Shown in pieces: positions 1 to 13,179 of a stretch of DNA of 64,000 nucleotides. This DNA is from Eledone cirrhosa (Eukaryota): NCBI GenBank assembly GCA_964016885.1, contig OZ024759.1, positions 27,218,001-27,282,000 on the forward strand. The letters are read 5' to 3'. Both the position numbers and the translations under genes were made by a program. The notes beneath the pieces were generated by a model. The model did no database searches, was not told the DNA's origin, and saw only the letters and a list, made by a program, of their open reading frames with translations. Position 1 is the stretch's first letter, and each line of letters starts with the position of its first letter.

Positions 1-430
1 TAACATTACATGACAGATTTATTAGCCACAGGGGCAGAGATGTCCATAACATTACATGTCAGAATTATTAGCCACAGGGGCAGAGATGTCCATAACATTA
101 CATGACAGGTTTATTAGCCACAGGGGCAGAGATGTCCATAACATTACATGTCAGATTTATTAGCCACAGGGGCAGAGATGTCCATAACATTACATGTCAA
201 AATTATTAGCCACAGGGCCAGAGATGTCCATAACATTACATGACAGATTTATTAGCCACAGGGGCAGAGATGTCCATAACATTACATGACAGAATTATTA
301 GCCACAGGGGCAGAGATGTCCATAACATTACATGACAGAATTATTAGCCACAGGGGCAGAGATTTCCATAACATTACATGACAATTATTAGCCCCAAGGG
401 CAGATATGTCCATAACATTACATGACAGAC
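1..430. repeat. 46-bp minisatellite array
   Basis: Unit TAACATTACATGACAGATTTATTAGCCACAGGGGCAGAGATGTCCA recurs at 1, 47, 93 and onward. Confidence 0.95.
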
Positions 431-1247
431 TTTCATCTCGCGCTCTCTCTCTCTCGTTTCATCTCACGCTCTCTCTCTTCCTCTCTCTCGTTTCATCTCG
501 CGTTCTCTCTCTTCCTCTCTCTCGTTTCATCTCGCTCTCTCTCTCGTTTCATCTCTGTCTTCCTCTCTCTCGTTCCATCTCTCTCTTCCTCTCTCTCGTT
601 CCATCTCTCTCTTCCTCTCTCTCGTTTCATCTCTCTCTCTCGTTTCATCTCTATCTCCCTCGTTTCATCTGTCTCTCTCTCTGTCGTTTCATCTCCCTCT
701 ATCTCTCTCTCGCTCTCTCGTTTCATCTCTCTCTCCCTCTCGTTTCATCTCGCTCTCTCTCTCCTGTTTCATCTCGCTCTCTCTCTCCTGTTTCATCTCG
801 CTCTCTACTCTCGTTTCCTCTCTCTCGTATCCTCTCTCTCGTTTCCTCTCTCTCTCGTTTCCTCTCTCTCTCGTTTCCTCTAGCTCTCACTCTATCGTTT
901 CATCTCGCTCTCTCTCTCTCATTTCATCTCGCTCTCTCTCTCTCGTTTCATCTCGCTCTAATCTGTCTCGTTTCATTTCGCTCTCTCTCTCTCTCTCGTT
1001 TCATTTCGCTCTCTCTGTCTCGTTTCATCTCGCTCTCTCTCTCATTTCAACTCGCTCTCTCTCTCTCATTTCATCTCGCTCTCTCTCTCTCGTTTCATAT
1101 CGCTCTCACTCTCTCATTTCATCTCGCTCTCTCTCTCTCTCGTTTGATCTCGCTCTCACTCTCTCTTCCTCTCTCTCTCTTGTTTCAACACTCTAATCTC
1201 TCACTTGTTTCATCTCTCTCTTATCCCTCACTTGTTTCATCTCTCTC
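430..1247. repeat. CT-rich degenerate satellite, (CT)n punctuated by CGTTTCATCTCG
   Basis: Direct reading; produces spurious S/L/R-rich ORFs. Confidence 0.95.
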
Positions 1248-1613
1248 AGAATTATTAGCCACAGGGGCAGAGATATCCATAACATTACATGTCAGAATTA
1301 TTAGCCACAGGGGCAGAGATGTCCATAACATTACATGACAGATTTATTAGCCACAGGGGCGGAGATGTCCATAACATTACATGACGAATTTATTAGCCAC
1401 AGGGGCAGAGATGTCCATAACATTACATGACAGAATTATTAGCCACAGGGGCAGAGATGTCCATAACATTACATGACAGAATTATTTGCCACAGGGGCAG
1501 AGATGTACATAACATTACATGACAATTATTAGCCCCAAGGGCAGATATGTCCATAACATTACATGACAATTATTAGCCCCAAGGGCAGATATGTCCATAA
1601 CATTACATGACAG
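1248..1613. repeat. 46-bp minisatellite array
   Basis: Same unit as 1-430. Confidence 0.95.
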
Positions 1614-3614
1614 ACTTTCATCTCGCGCTCTCTCTCTTCCTCTCTCTCGTTTCATCTCGCTCTCTCTCTCTCGTTTCATCTCGCTCTCTCTCTCTCTCGT
1701 TTCATCTCGCGCTCTCTCTCTTCCTCTCTCTCGTTTCATCTCGCTCTCTCTCTCTCTCGTTTCATATCTCTCTTCCTCTCTCTCGTTCCATCTCTCTATT
1801 CCTCTCTCTCTCGTTTCATCTAGCTATCACTCTCTCGTTTCATCTCCCTCTATCTCTCTCTCGCTCTCACGTTTCATCTCTCCCTCCCTCTCATTTCATC
1901 TCGCTCTCTCTCTCCGGTTTCATCTCGCTCTCTCTCTCTCCTGTTTCATCTTGCTCTCTACTCTCGTTTCCTCTCTCTCGTTTCCTCTCTCTCGTTTCCT
2001 CTCTCTCTCATTTCCTCTCTCTCTCGTTTCATCTAGCTCTCACTCTCTCGTTTCATCTCGCTCTCTCTGACTCGTTCCATCTCGCTCTCACTCTCTCGTT
2101 TCATCTCGCTCTCTCTCTCTCATTTCATCTCGCTCTCTCTCTCTCATTTCATCTCGATCTCTCTGTCTCGTTTCATCCCGCTCTCTCTGTCTCGTTTCAT
2201 CTCGCTCTCTCTCTCTCATTTCATCTCGCTCTCTCTCTCTCATTTCATCTCGCTCTCTCTCTCTCTCTCGTTTCATCTCACTCTCAATCTCTCATTTCAT
2301 CTCGCTCTCTCTCTCTCATTTCATCTCGCGCTCTCTCTCTTCCTCTCTCTCGTTTCATCTCGCGCTCTCTCTCTTCCTCTCTCTCATTTCATCTCGCTCT
2401 CTCTCTCTCGTTTCATCTTGCGCTCTCTCTCTTCCTCTCTCTCGTTTCATCTCGCTCTCTCTCTCTCATTTCATCTCGATCTCTCTGTCTCGTTTCATCC
2501 CGCTCTCTCTCTCTCGTTTCATCTCACTCTCAATCTCTCATTTCATCTCGCTCTCTCTCTCTCATTTCATCTCGCGCTCTCTCTCTTCCTCTCTCTCGTT
2601 TCATCTCGCGCTCTCTCTCTTCCTCTCTCTCATTTCATCTCGCTCTCTCTCTCTCATTTCATCTCGCGCTCTCTCTCTTCCTCTCTCTCGTTTCATCTCG
2701 CGCTCTCTCTCTTCCTCTCTCTCGTTTCATCTCGCTCTCTCTCTCTCTCTCGTTTCATCTTGCGCTCTCTCTCTTCCTCTCTCTCGTTTCATCTCGATCT
2801 CTCTCTGTCTCGTTTCATCTCTGTCTTCCTCTCGCTCGTTCCATCTCTCTCTTCCTCTCTCTCGTTCCATCTCTCTCTTCCTCTCTCTCGTTTCATCTCT
2901 CTCTCTCGTTTCATCTCTGTCTTCCTCTCTCTCGTTCCATCTCCCTCTTCCTCTCTCTCGTTCCATCTCTCTCTTCCTCTCTCTCGTTTCATCTCTCTCT
3001 CTCGTTTCATCTCTATCTCCCGCGTTTCATCTGTCTCTCTCTCTGTCGTTTCATCTCCCTCTATCTCTCTCTCGCTCTCTCGTTTCATCTCTCTCTCCCT
3101 CTCGTTTCATCTCGCTCTCTCTCTCCTGTTTCATCTCGCTCTCTCTCTCCTGTTTCATCTCGCTCTCTCCTCTCGTTTCCTCTCTCTCGTTTCGTCTCTC
3201 TCGTTTCCTCTCTCTCTCGTTTCATCTAGCTCTCCCACTCTCGTTTCATCTCGCTCTCTCTGTCTCGTTCCATCTCGCTCTCACTCTCTCGTTTCATCTC
3301 GCTCTCTCTCTCTCATTTCATCTCGCTCTCTCTCTCTCATTTCATCTCGCTCTCTCTCTCTCGTTTCATCTCGCTCTCTCTGTCTCGTTTCATCTCGCTC
3401 TCGCTATCTCTGTCTCGTTTCATCCCGCTCTCTCTCTCTCATTTCATCTCGCTCTCTCTCTCTCATTTCATCTCGCTCTCTCTCTCTCTCTCGTTTCATC
3501 TCGCTCTCACTCTCTCATTTCATCTCGCTCTCTCTCGTTTGATTTCGCTCTCACTCTCTCTTCCTCTCTCTCTCTTGTTTCAACACTCTAATCCCTCACT
3601 TGTTTCATCTCTCT
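1614..3614. repeat. CT-rich degenerate satellite
   Basis: Same motif and same terminal TTTCAACACTCTAAT segment as 430-1247. Confidence 0.95.
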
Positions 3615-4157
3615 CAGAATTATTAGCCACAGGGGCAGAGATGTCCATAACATTACATGTCAGAATTATTAGCCACAGGGGCAGAGATGTCCATAACATT
3701 ACATGACAGATTTATTAGCCACAGGGGCAGAGATGTCCATAACATTACATGACGAATTTATTAGCCACAGGGTCAGAGATGTCCATAACATTACATGTCA
3801 GAATTATTAGCTACAGGGGCAGAGATGTCCATAACATTACATGTCAGAATTATTAGCCACAGGGGCAGAGATGTCCATAACATTACATGACAGATTTATT
3901 AGCCACAGGGGCAGAGATGTCCGTAACATTAAATGACAGATTTATTAGCCACAGGGGCAGAGATTCCATAACATTACATGTCAGAATTATTAGCCACAGG
4001 GGCAGAGATTTCCATAACATTACATGACAGAATTATTAGCCACAGGGGCAGAGATGTCCATAACATTACATGACAGAATTATTAGCCACAGGGGCAGAGA
4101 TGTCCATAACATTACATGACAATTATTAGCCCCAGGGGCAGATATGTCCATGACAGA
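3615..4157. repeat. 46-bp minisatellite array
   Basis: Same unit as 1-430. Confidence 0.95.
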
Positions 4158-5390
4158 GTTTCATCTCTCGCTCTCTCTCTTCCTCTCTCTCGTTTCATCT
4201 CGCTCTCTCTCTCGTTTCATCTCGCTCTCTCTCTCTCTCGTTTCACCTCTGTCTTCTTCTCTCTCGTTTCATCTCTCTCTTCCTCTCTCTCGTTCTATCT
4301 CTCTCTTCCTCTCTCTCGTTTCATCTCTCTCTCTCGTTTCATCTCTATATCCCTCGTTTCATCTGTCTCTCTCTCTGTCGTTTCATTTCCCTCTATCTCT
4401 CTCTCGCTCTCTCGTTTCATCTCTCTCTCCCTCTCGTTTCATCTCGCTCTCTCTCTCCTGTTTCATCTCGCTCTCTCTCTCCTGTTTCATCTCGCTCTCT
4501 ACTCACGTTTCCTCTCTCTCGTTTCCTCTCTTTCTCGTTTCATCTCTCTCTCGTTTCATCTCTCTATGTCTCATTTCATCTCGCTCTCTCTCTCTCTCAT
4601 TTCATCTCGTTCTCTCTCTCTCTCATTTCATCTCGCTCTCACTCTCTCGTTTCATCTCGCTCTCTCACTCTCGTTTCATCTCGCACTCTCTCTCTCGTTT
4701 CATCTCTCTCTCTCTCTCTCTCTCATTTCATCTCGCTCTCTGTCTCGTGTCATCTCGCTCTCTCTGTCTCTCGTTTCATCTCGCTCTCACTCTCTCGTTT
4801 CATCTCACTCTAACTCTCTCATTTCATCTCGCTCTCCCTGTCTCGTTTCATCTCGCTCCCACTCTCTCATTTCATCTCACTCTCTTTCTCTCATTTCATC
4901 TCGCTCTCTCGCTCTTGTTTCAACACTCTAATCCCTCACTTGTTTCATCTCTCTCTAATCCCTCACTTGTTTCATCTCTCTCTTGTTTCAATTCTTTCTC
5001 TCTCTCTCTCTCACTCTCTCTCTCTCTCTCTCTCTCTTTCTATCCCCTCTCTCTTTCTCTCCCCTCTCTCTGTTGTTTCATCCCTCACCCTCTTGTTTCA
5101 TCCCCTTCTCTCCCTCTCTCTCTCTTCCCCTCTATCTCTATTCCTCTCTCTCATCCCCTCTCTCTCTCTTCCTCTCTCTCTCTTCCTCTCTCCCCTCACC
5201 CTCTTGTTTCAACTCTCTCCTCGTTTCAACTCTCTCCTCGTTTCAACTCTCTCCTCGTTTCAACTCTCTCCTCGTTTCAACTCTCTCTCTCTCCTCTCGT
5301 TTCAACTCTCTCTCTCTCCTCGTGTTTCAACCATCTCCTCTCTTGTTTCAACTCTCTCACCTCTCGTTTCAACTCTCTCTCTCTGTGTCT
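4158..5390. repeat. CT-rich degenerate satellite
   Basis: Direct reading; near-identical to 20103-21270. Confidence 0.95.
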
Positions 5391-5578
5391 CCAATGTGTA
5401 TACCGATATATATACCGAAGAATGTACATAAACACACATGCATACACGCATGTGTATATATATATACATACATGTGTCTCTCTCTCTCCCTATATATATG
5501 TACATATGTGTAAATATGTACATACATATTAGTGTATATATATTGCTATCTATATGCATATTTGTATTAATTATACTG

Positions 5579-5752
5579 TATGGTGAATTGGCAGTATCGG
5601 TAGAGGGTCTGACGCCATGCTTTCCAGCATAGTTACGTCCCTTTACGATCCGAGGTCAACTTTGCCTTTCATCCTTACGGGGTCGATAAAATAAAGTACC
5701 AGTAATGTACTGGTTAATTACTGACCTTGTGCCTAAAATAGAAACAATTATT
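5579..5752 (+). mobile_element. tRNA-derived SINE, family B (Meta-domain-like), internally deleted; duplicate at 21468-21642
   Basis: TGGCAGTATCGGTAGAG A-box head; GCCTTTCATCCTTACGGGGTCGATAAAATAAAGTACCAG central domain; AGAAACAATTATT tail. Confidence 0.8.
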
Positions 5753-6312
5753 AGTTCAAAGAGAAACCACCATCATAGAGAAACCACCGTCCTACCTGAA
5801 ATATTATGTTATCATATTAAATATTTCTTATACTGTCATGTTTTTTCTTTAAAACGATTGCATTTCAATAAAGTGAAGAAAACTATTATATACTGTTGTT
5901 ATATCATTATACTTTAGTTTTAACTTATTATTTCTATGTGTATAAATATAATGTATGTAAGTGTGTTTGAAAATATATAATAATAATATGCATGTTTGAA
6001 GCAGGGTTCAACTGAAATATCTACACCGGTAACTTAATTAGTGTTACACCTTAGGCATAAACTATTTGGCATTCTTTGAAGGAGGTACTAGGTTTTTCAC
6101 TGTCTTAAATGGAGTATACACGCGCACACAATGCATATATATAAATTGTTTTTCTCTGTACAAAGAGATTGACATCATTTCTTAAATCATTATTTAGGGT
6201 TTTACAACAAAACATATTGTATGTGTAATTATACAAATTGAATTTAAGTATTTATTTTAAAATTTTACATACACTTTAGTAGTATATATATATATATATA
6301 TATATTCATTTG

Positions 6313-7030
6313 TGATGCCATGCATTGTATTGTACACTTCGACATATGAATTACGTTCATGCAACACTTCTCTTATCATAGCCATTTTTTGTGGTGAGCA
6401 GTCATTATTTGTTGGTACTAGGGCAGTGGATTGGCAGTATCGGTAGAGCGCCAGACACCATGCTTTACAGCATAGGGTTATGGCCATTTACGTTCTGGGT
6501 TCAAATCCCTCCAAGGTTGACTTGGTTTTCATCCTTATGAGGTCGATAGAATAAAGTACCAGTAATTGCTGGCCTTGTGCCAGAAACAATTATTTGGTTG
6601 TACTTCCAATCTGTGCTACACACCTTCGTTCCCATCAATAATATATAACTGGCCATATTGTGGTGTATTTTCTGCAGGTTACAGAGATGGGGGTGTAGTG
6701 ATATGTTTGACCCTGAATATGAAAGCTATACGGGCCTCTGCCGGGTGGTAACACCAAATGAAGTGAAATAAATGTAGTTTTAATTGCAGATGTTTCTGTG
6801 AAATCAACTGCTTCCTGGCCTCTTTCAAAGAGATTTCTCAGTCTCTCAGGGTATATTTGCAATGGTGGCAACACAACCTTTCCTTTATTACAACAGTTAC
6901 AATTTTCATTTCTAAATTTCAAAGCTCCACAGTGATCACACGAAACATTCATATCACTAATATGAAATTCTTCTACATTTCCATTAATATTAATTGTTGG
7001 CCAATTTCTCTTACAACGCTCATTATCCAT
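6313..7030 (-). mobile_element. Decayed Helitron Rep N-terminal fragment interrupted by a SINE (6420-6592)
   Basis: CDHCGALKFRNENCNCCNKGKVVLPPL, GPYSFHIQGQTYH and IREVLHERNSYVEVY are Helitron Rep-like motifs. Confidence 0.85.
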
Positions 7031-7399
7031 TCTTCTCTGTCTGAATGTTTTCCATTCTGTTGTTTATTATGTATATAAATAGCTCTGTACAATACATAGA
7101 GCATTCTTCTTTTCTTTACCTTTTCTATGGAAATACAAGAACAAACATGTAAATATATATATATATGTATATACATAAACAAGACTGTTATTGCTCCAAC
7201 CAGTCTATTTACCTTTGATAACTATCCTAAATATAAATACACCTATACCATACATACATATATCATATATGTTTTTGATGCCGTGGTATAGCAGAGATAA
7301 GCAAGAAGAGAAAAGAAAATGAAAAGGAGAAAAAAAAAGAAGTAAGAAGTCGGGGGAGGGACAGACACTTCACCCCAGTCTAAGTGGTCCCTCAGCCGC

Positions 7400-7620
7400 A
7401 ACCTGTGGAAGAAACTTAAAAGCGTTACCTCGGAGCAAGGCCAGAGACACCTGCTACAATAGTCGCCCCTCCTCATGAGGCTCCTGTCATCTTTCCTCCC
7501 GACTTTATGGAGGAAATCAGCAGTACAGGGACCAAGTATGGCAGAGGTCTCAATGGAGTGGAAGAGGTGAGTCAGGCCTTGGTACTATCTTACTATCCTC
7601 TGCATTGCGGGGTGTGGAGC
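7400..7620 (-). mobile_element. CRE-like non-LTR retrotransposon RLE endonuclease C-terminal remnant (copies at about 10290-10510 and 18350-18570)
   Basis: Minus strand reads ETSAILGPCTADFLHKVGRK, frameshift, LL*QVSLALLRGNA, resembling the CRE QRLSxAxxRGNA motif. Confidence 0.6.
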
Positions 7621-7743
7621 CTAGGTTTGTGGCTGTAGCTATATTTGAACTTTTATATGAAATTTCAGTTTTATATTTTTCACATCTTAAAACTTAATCT
7701 TAGTCTTTTGCAGCTCATCTTGTTTCATCTCGCAGCACACGAT

Positions 7744-7764
7744 TTGGGAACCACTGCTCTAGAG
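7744..7764. mobile_element. hAT/Charlie-type terminus with NTCTAGAN target site (also about 10631-10651 and 18693-18714)
   Basis: TTTGGGAACCACTG followed immediately by CTCTAGAG. Confidence 0.6.
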
Positions 7765-8642
7765 ATAGAAAAAGTATATTTTATGCAGGGCTTCCCTGAG
7801 ACATAAAAACTATTTCAAGAGATCGACATGGGTAGAAAGGTTGAGAAATGCTGCACAATGTTCTTTGGTTTTTGTTCACCTTTAAATAATCATGTATAAA
7901 ATATCGGGTGTGCAAGATTTCATGAAAAGGTATAACATTTTTTATGCTGGTCTTGCAGGGACTAGCTCCAATTGAGAGTTGTACCAATTCCCACTAAACT
8001 CGAAACTCCTGGACAATATATACATATCTTTATAAGTTCCTGTGTATTGTGTCGCTGTATAATGAAACATAAATATATACCATGCATGTCAGTCAGATTT
8101 GAACTCACTATATTTGGCGTTTTATAGACATAATTTGTTTGTTAAAACAATTGATTAAATAATAACTAAATAAAATTAATTCTACAATCCTGGATAGGGA
8201 ATGAACTTATAACTTCATAATAGAAGCCATCTATTCGAGCAGTGTTGCCATCTAAGCCACCAGGTTACTTACAGAACTTCATTCAAATATAAAATATAAA
8301 ATATATGCCAGACATAGTGAGTTCGAATCTGACTGATTAGTTGGTCATTGTCCCAGCCAACAGTTTAAATCGCCAACCAGTAGGTGACATCGACTAGGTT
8401 GGGAAAACTTGGTTAAGTAGCTCCAGTTATTGCTACGTTAGACATATTCAAGACTTATCGACACCGAATGGAAGAAAGGTAAAGTTGAACTCAGAGTAAA
8501 GAACAGGAAAAATACTGCAAAGAATTCTATCTGATGTTCTAACAATTCTACCAAATTACCTTATGTATATATATTTATATCTAGAGATAAGAAGAAAACT
8601 GAAAGAAAGAAAAGAAAAAAAATGAGACCTTATATGTAACCC

Positions 8643-9620
8643 ATGTTACAACTCAATATATATATATTTGGGTTGTAACATATTCCCGCCGGTGAAATAA
8701 AAATTTTAATAGAAAAACGGCGGGAATATATGTTACAACCCAATCTATATATATTTGAGTTGTAACATATATTCCCGCCGTTGAAATAAAAATTTTAATA
8801 GAAAAACGGCGGGAATATATGTTACAATCCAATCTAGATATATTTGGGTTGTAACATATATTCCCGCCGTTGAAATAAAAATTTTAATAGAAAACCGGCG
8901 GGAATATATGTTACAACCCAATCTATATATATTTGGGATGTAACATATATTCCCGCCGTTGAAATAAAAATTTTAATAGAAAAACGGCGGGAATATATGT
9001 TGCAACCCAATCTACATATATTTGGGTTGTAACATATATTCCCGCCGTTGAAATAAAAATTTTAATAGAAATACGGCGGGAATATATGTTACAACCCAAT
9101 CTATATATGTTTGGGTTGTAACATATATTCCCGCCGTTTTTCTATTAAAATTTTTATTTCAACGGCGGGAATATATGTTACAATCCAAATATATATAGAT
9201 TGGGTTGTAACATATATTCCCGCCGTTTTTCTATTAAAATTTTTATTTCAACGGCGGGAATATATGTTACAACCCAAATATTTATAGATAGGGTTGTAAC
9301 ATATATTCCCGCCGTTTTTCTATTAAAATTTTTATTTCGACGGCGGGAATATGTTACAACCCAAATATATATAGATTGGGTTGTAACATATATTCCCGCC
9401 GTTTTTCTATTAAAATTTTTATTTCAACGGCGGGAATATATGTTACAACTCAAATATATATAGATTGGGTTGTAACATATATTCCCGCCGTTTTTCTATT
9501 AAAATATTTATTTCAACGGCGGGAATATATGTTACAACCCAAAAATATGTAGATTGGGTTGTAACATATATTCTCGCCGTTTTTCTATTAAAATTTTTAT
9601 TTCACCGGCGGGAATATATA
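8643..9620. repeat. 89-bp tandem array of self-complementary units, about 11 copies, orientation flips in the middle
   Basis: CCCGCC recurs at 8685, 8774, 8863, 8952, 9041, 9130; loop sequence is reverse-complemented from 9130 on. Confidence 0.95.
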
Positions 9621-9640
9621 CCCTGAGAGACTGAGAAATG

Positions 9641-9993
9641 TCTTTCAAAGAGATTTCTCAGTCTCTCAGGGTATATTTGCAATGGTGGCAACACAACCTT
9701 TCCTTTTTTACAACAGTTACAATTTTCATTTCTAAATTTCAAAGCTCCACAGTGATCACACGAAACATTCATATCACTAATATGAAATTCTTCTACATTT
9801 CCATTAATATTAATTGTTGGCCAATTTCTCTTACGACGCTCATTATCGATTCTTCTCTGTCTGAATGTTTTCCATTCTAAGTCTATTTGCATGGAATAAT
9901 TATATTCTGTTGTTTATTATGTAATTAAATAGCTCTGTACAATACATAGAGCATTCTTCTTTTCTTTACCTTTTCTATGGAAATACAAGAACA

Positions 9994-10056
<63 letters not shown>

Positions 10057-11518
10057 ATATACATAAACAAGACTGTTATTGCTCCAACCAGTCTATTTAT
10101 CTTTGATAACTATCCTAGATATAAATACACCTATACCATACATACATATATCATATATGTTTTTGATGCCGTGGTATAGCAGAGATAAGCAAGAAGAGAA
10201 AAGAAAATGAAAAGGAGAAAAAAAAAGAAGTAAGAAGTCGGGGGAGGGACAGACACTTCACCCCAGTCTAAGTGGTCCCTCAGCCGCAACCTGTGGAAGA
10301 AACGTAAAAGCGTTACCTCAGAGCAAGGCCAGAGACACCTGCAACAATAGTCGCCCCTCCTCATGAGGCTCCTGTCGTCTTTCCTCCCGACTTTATGAAG
10401 GAAATCAGCAGTACAGGGACCAAGTATGGCAGAGGTCTCAATGGAGTGGAAGAGGTGAGTCAGGCCTTGGTACTATCTTACTATCCTCTGCATTGCGGGG
10501 TGTGGAGCCTAGGTTTGTGGCTGTAGCTATATTTGAACTTTTATATGAAATTTCAGTTTTATTTTTTTCACATCATAAAACTTAATCTTAGTCTTTTGCA
10601 GCTCATCTTGTTTCATCTCGCAGCACACGATTTGGGAACCACTGCTCTAGAGATAGAAAAAGTATATTTTATGCAGGACTTCCCTGAGACATAAAAACTA
10701 TGTCCAGAGATCGACATGGGTAGAAAGGTTGAGAAATGCTGCACAATGTTCTTTGGTTTTTGTTCACCTTTAAATAATCATGTATAAAATATCGGGTGTG
10801 CAAGATTTCATGAAAAGGTATAACATTATTTATGCTGATCTTGCAGGGACTAGCTCCAATTGAGAGTTGTACCAATTCCCACTAAACTCGAAACTCCTGG
10901 ACAATATATACATATCTTTATAAGTTCCTGTGTATTGTGTCGTTGTATAATGAAACATAAATACATACCATGCATGTCAGTCAGATTTGAACTCACTATA
11001 TTTGGCGTTTTATAGATATAATTTGTTTGTTAAAACAATTGATTAAATAATAACTAAATAAAATTAATTCTACAATCCTGGATAGGGAATGAACTTATAA
11101 CTTCATAATAGAAGCCATCTATTCGAGCAGTATTGCCATCTAAGCCACCAGGTTACTTACAGAACTTCATTCAAATATAAAATATATGCCAGACATAGTG
11201 AGTTCGAATCTGACTGATTAGTTGGTCATTGTCCCAGCCAACAGTTTAAATCGCCAACCAGTAGGTGACATCGACTAGGTTGGGAAAACTTGGTTAAGTA
11301 GCTCCAGTTATTGCTACGTTAGACATATTCAAGACTTATCGACACCGAATGGAAGAAAGGTAAAGTTGAACTCAGAGTAAAGAACTGGAAAAATACTGCA
11401 AAGAATTCTATCTGATGTTCTAACAATTCTACCAAATTACCTTATGTATATATATTTATATCTAGAGATAAGAAGAAAACTGAAAGAAAGAAAAATGAGA
11501 CCCTATATGTAACCCATG
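9641..11518 (+). repeat. Segmental duplication of 6821-8645
   Basis: Colinear near-identical sequence from TCTTTCAAAGAG to TATGTAACCCATG; duplicated ORFs in the track. Confidence 0.95.
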
Positions 11519-12306
11519 ACCAGGATTGAAACCGAAACCATGACTACCACCATCTCTGGTATCACCCACCAGACCACCATGAAAGATACAAACGTCTGCT
11601 TTTTTAATATTTATAAGCCTACTTTCAATATTAAAGTAATTAACATGTGGTGTTGTTCATGCCTTTCTCTATGTTATTGGTAAAAAATAAAGTATTTAAA
11701 CCTCAAATTTTGTTATTCAAATATGCTTGCTTATGTAATTATAAATGTCGCAGAATACACACACATATATAGATGTGAAAATATTCAGGACCCCAACGGC
11801 TGTGCTACTGCCGTTTCGACATCTATATATATATCTTTTAGTCCTAGGCTCTTTCAGCGCAGAAAGAATTCTCCAATGATCACAACCAGCTAATGGTGCC
11901 CAGTGGAAGCACTTTAGTCTAATTATAACCCCAACGATCACGATTAGCGGCGGCTTTTTCGAGTCTGAGGTTGACTGCCAGATATATATATATATCTATA
12001 TATATATATATTTTTTTTTATACTTTGCTAGAATCCCGGAGAACAACAGAAAGATGCTGAGTTCAGAGTTTAAAAAACATGTCCCCCTTTAATATAAAAA
12101 CAATCCGAGTCTTGTAAAAGTGTTATTACTGTAATATAAAGTAGAAACCCTTTATTTAAACAAAGCTGAGATGCAGCGATCATCAAAGCAAACCCCAAAA
12201 TGTAAACAAACTTCTCGCAGGTGCTGGCAGATACACGATAACATGTGTATACGAAGTGTAACAGGGAGTTGGGTCGTATTATATGACTTTCAAATTGACC
12301 CCTATT

Positions 12307-13179
12307 ATATTCAAATTATCCCCTGTGGGGCGTGCACCCCACGTTGAGAATCCCTCATAAATAAATATATGTGAGTGTGTTGCTATGACTGCTATTTCTA
12401 GCAGGTTTACTGCAGTCCTGTAGACGCACAACAAAAACCGGAAGTGGCAGCCATTAAAAAACTTTGGCTTAAAATCAGGCAAAAGTTTTTTAACAATTTG
12501 CCAAGAAAGATAACTCTTGTCTTACTTAATCGCAAAAATCGAGGCAAAAAATTTTGCGGGTGTGCAGTTTGTTTGGTGTATTTGACTGCTATTTCTAGCA
12601 TATATGGACACTTTAGAAATAGCAGCGAAACACGGGAAACATAAGAAAGAAGGACACACACGTATATATATATACATATATATATGCACAGATATATACA
12701 TTTAAATATATATATTTATATATACATACACGCGCGCACACACACCTATACGTAGATATGGGTGTGTGTATAGCTGGTATATATATATATGTATGGGTGA
12801 GTGTATAGCTGGTATATATATATAGGTGTGTGTCCTTCTTTCTGCTGTTTTCCGTTTTTCGCTGCTATTTCTAAAGTGTCCATACATGCTAGAAATAGCA
12901 GTCAAATACACCAAACAAACTGCACACCCGCAAAATTTTTGCCTCGATTTTTGCGATTAAGTAAGACAAGAGTTATCTTTCTTGGCAAATTGTTAAAAAA
13001 CTTTTGCCTGATTTTAAGCCAAAGTTTTTTAATGGCTGCCACTTCCGGTTTTTGTTGTGCGTCTACAGGACTGCAGTAAACCTGCTAGAAATAGCAGTCA
13101 TAGCAACACACTCACATATATTTATTTATGAGGGATTCTCAACGTGGGGTGCACGCCCCACAGGGGATAATTTGAATAT
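12307..13179. repeat. Long inverted repeat, arms about 355 bp, spacer about 165 bp
   Basis: ATATTCAAATTATCCCCTGTGGGG at 12307 mirrors CCCCACAGGGGATAATTTGAATAT ending 13179; the same ORF appears on both strands. Confidence 0.95.

Noticed and set aside
406-5532. Long Ser/Leu/Arg-rich ORFs (up to 540 aa), also at 20096-21459
   Set aside because: Products of the CT satellite, which lacks stop codons; open in several frames at once
8643-9620. CRISPR-like appearance of the 89-bp palindromic array (and of the 46-, 55- and 44-bp arrays)
   Set aside because: Spacers are identical rather than unique, there are no cas genes, and the context is eukaryotic and intron-containing
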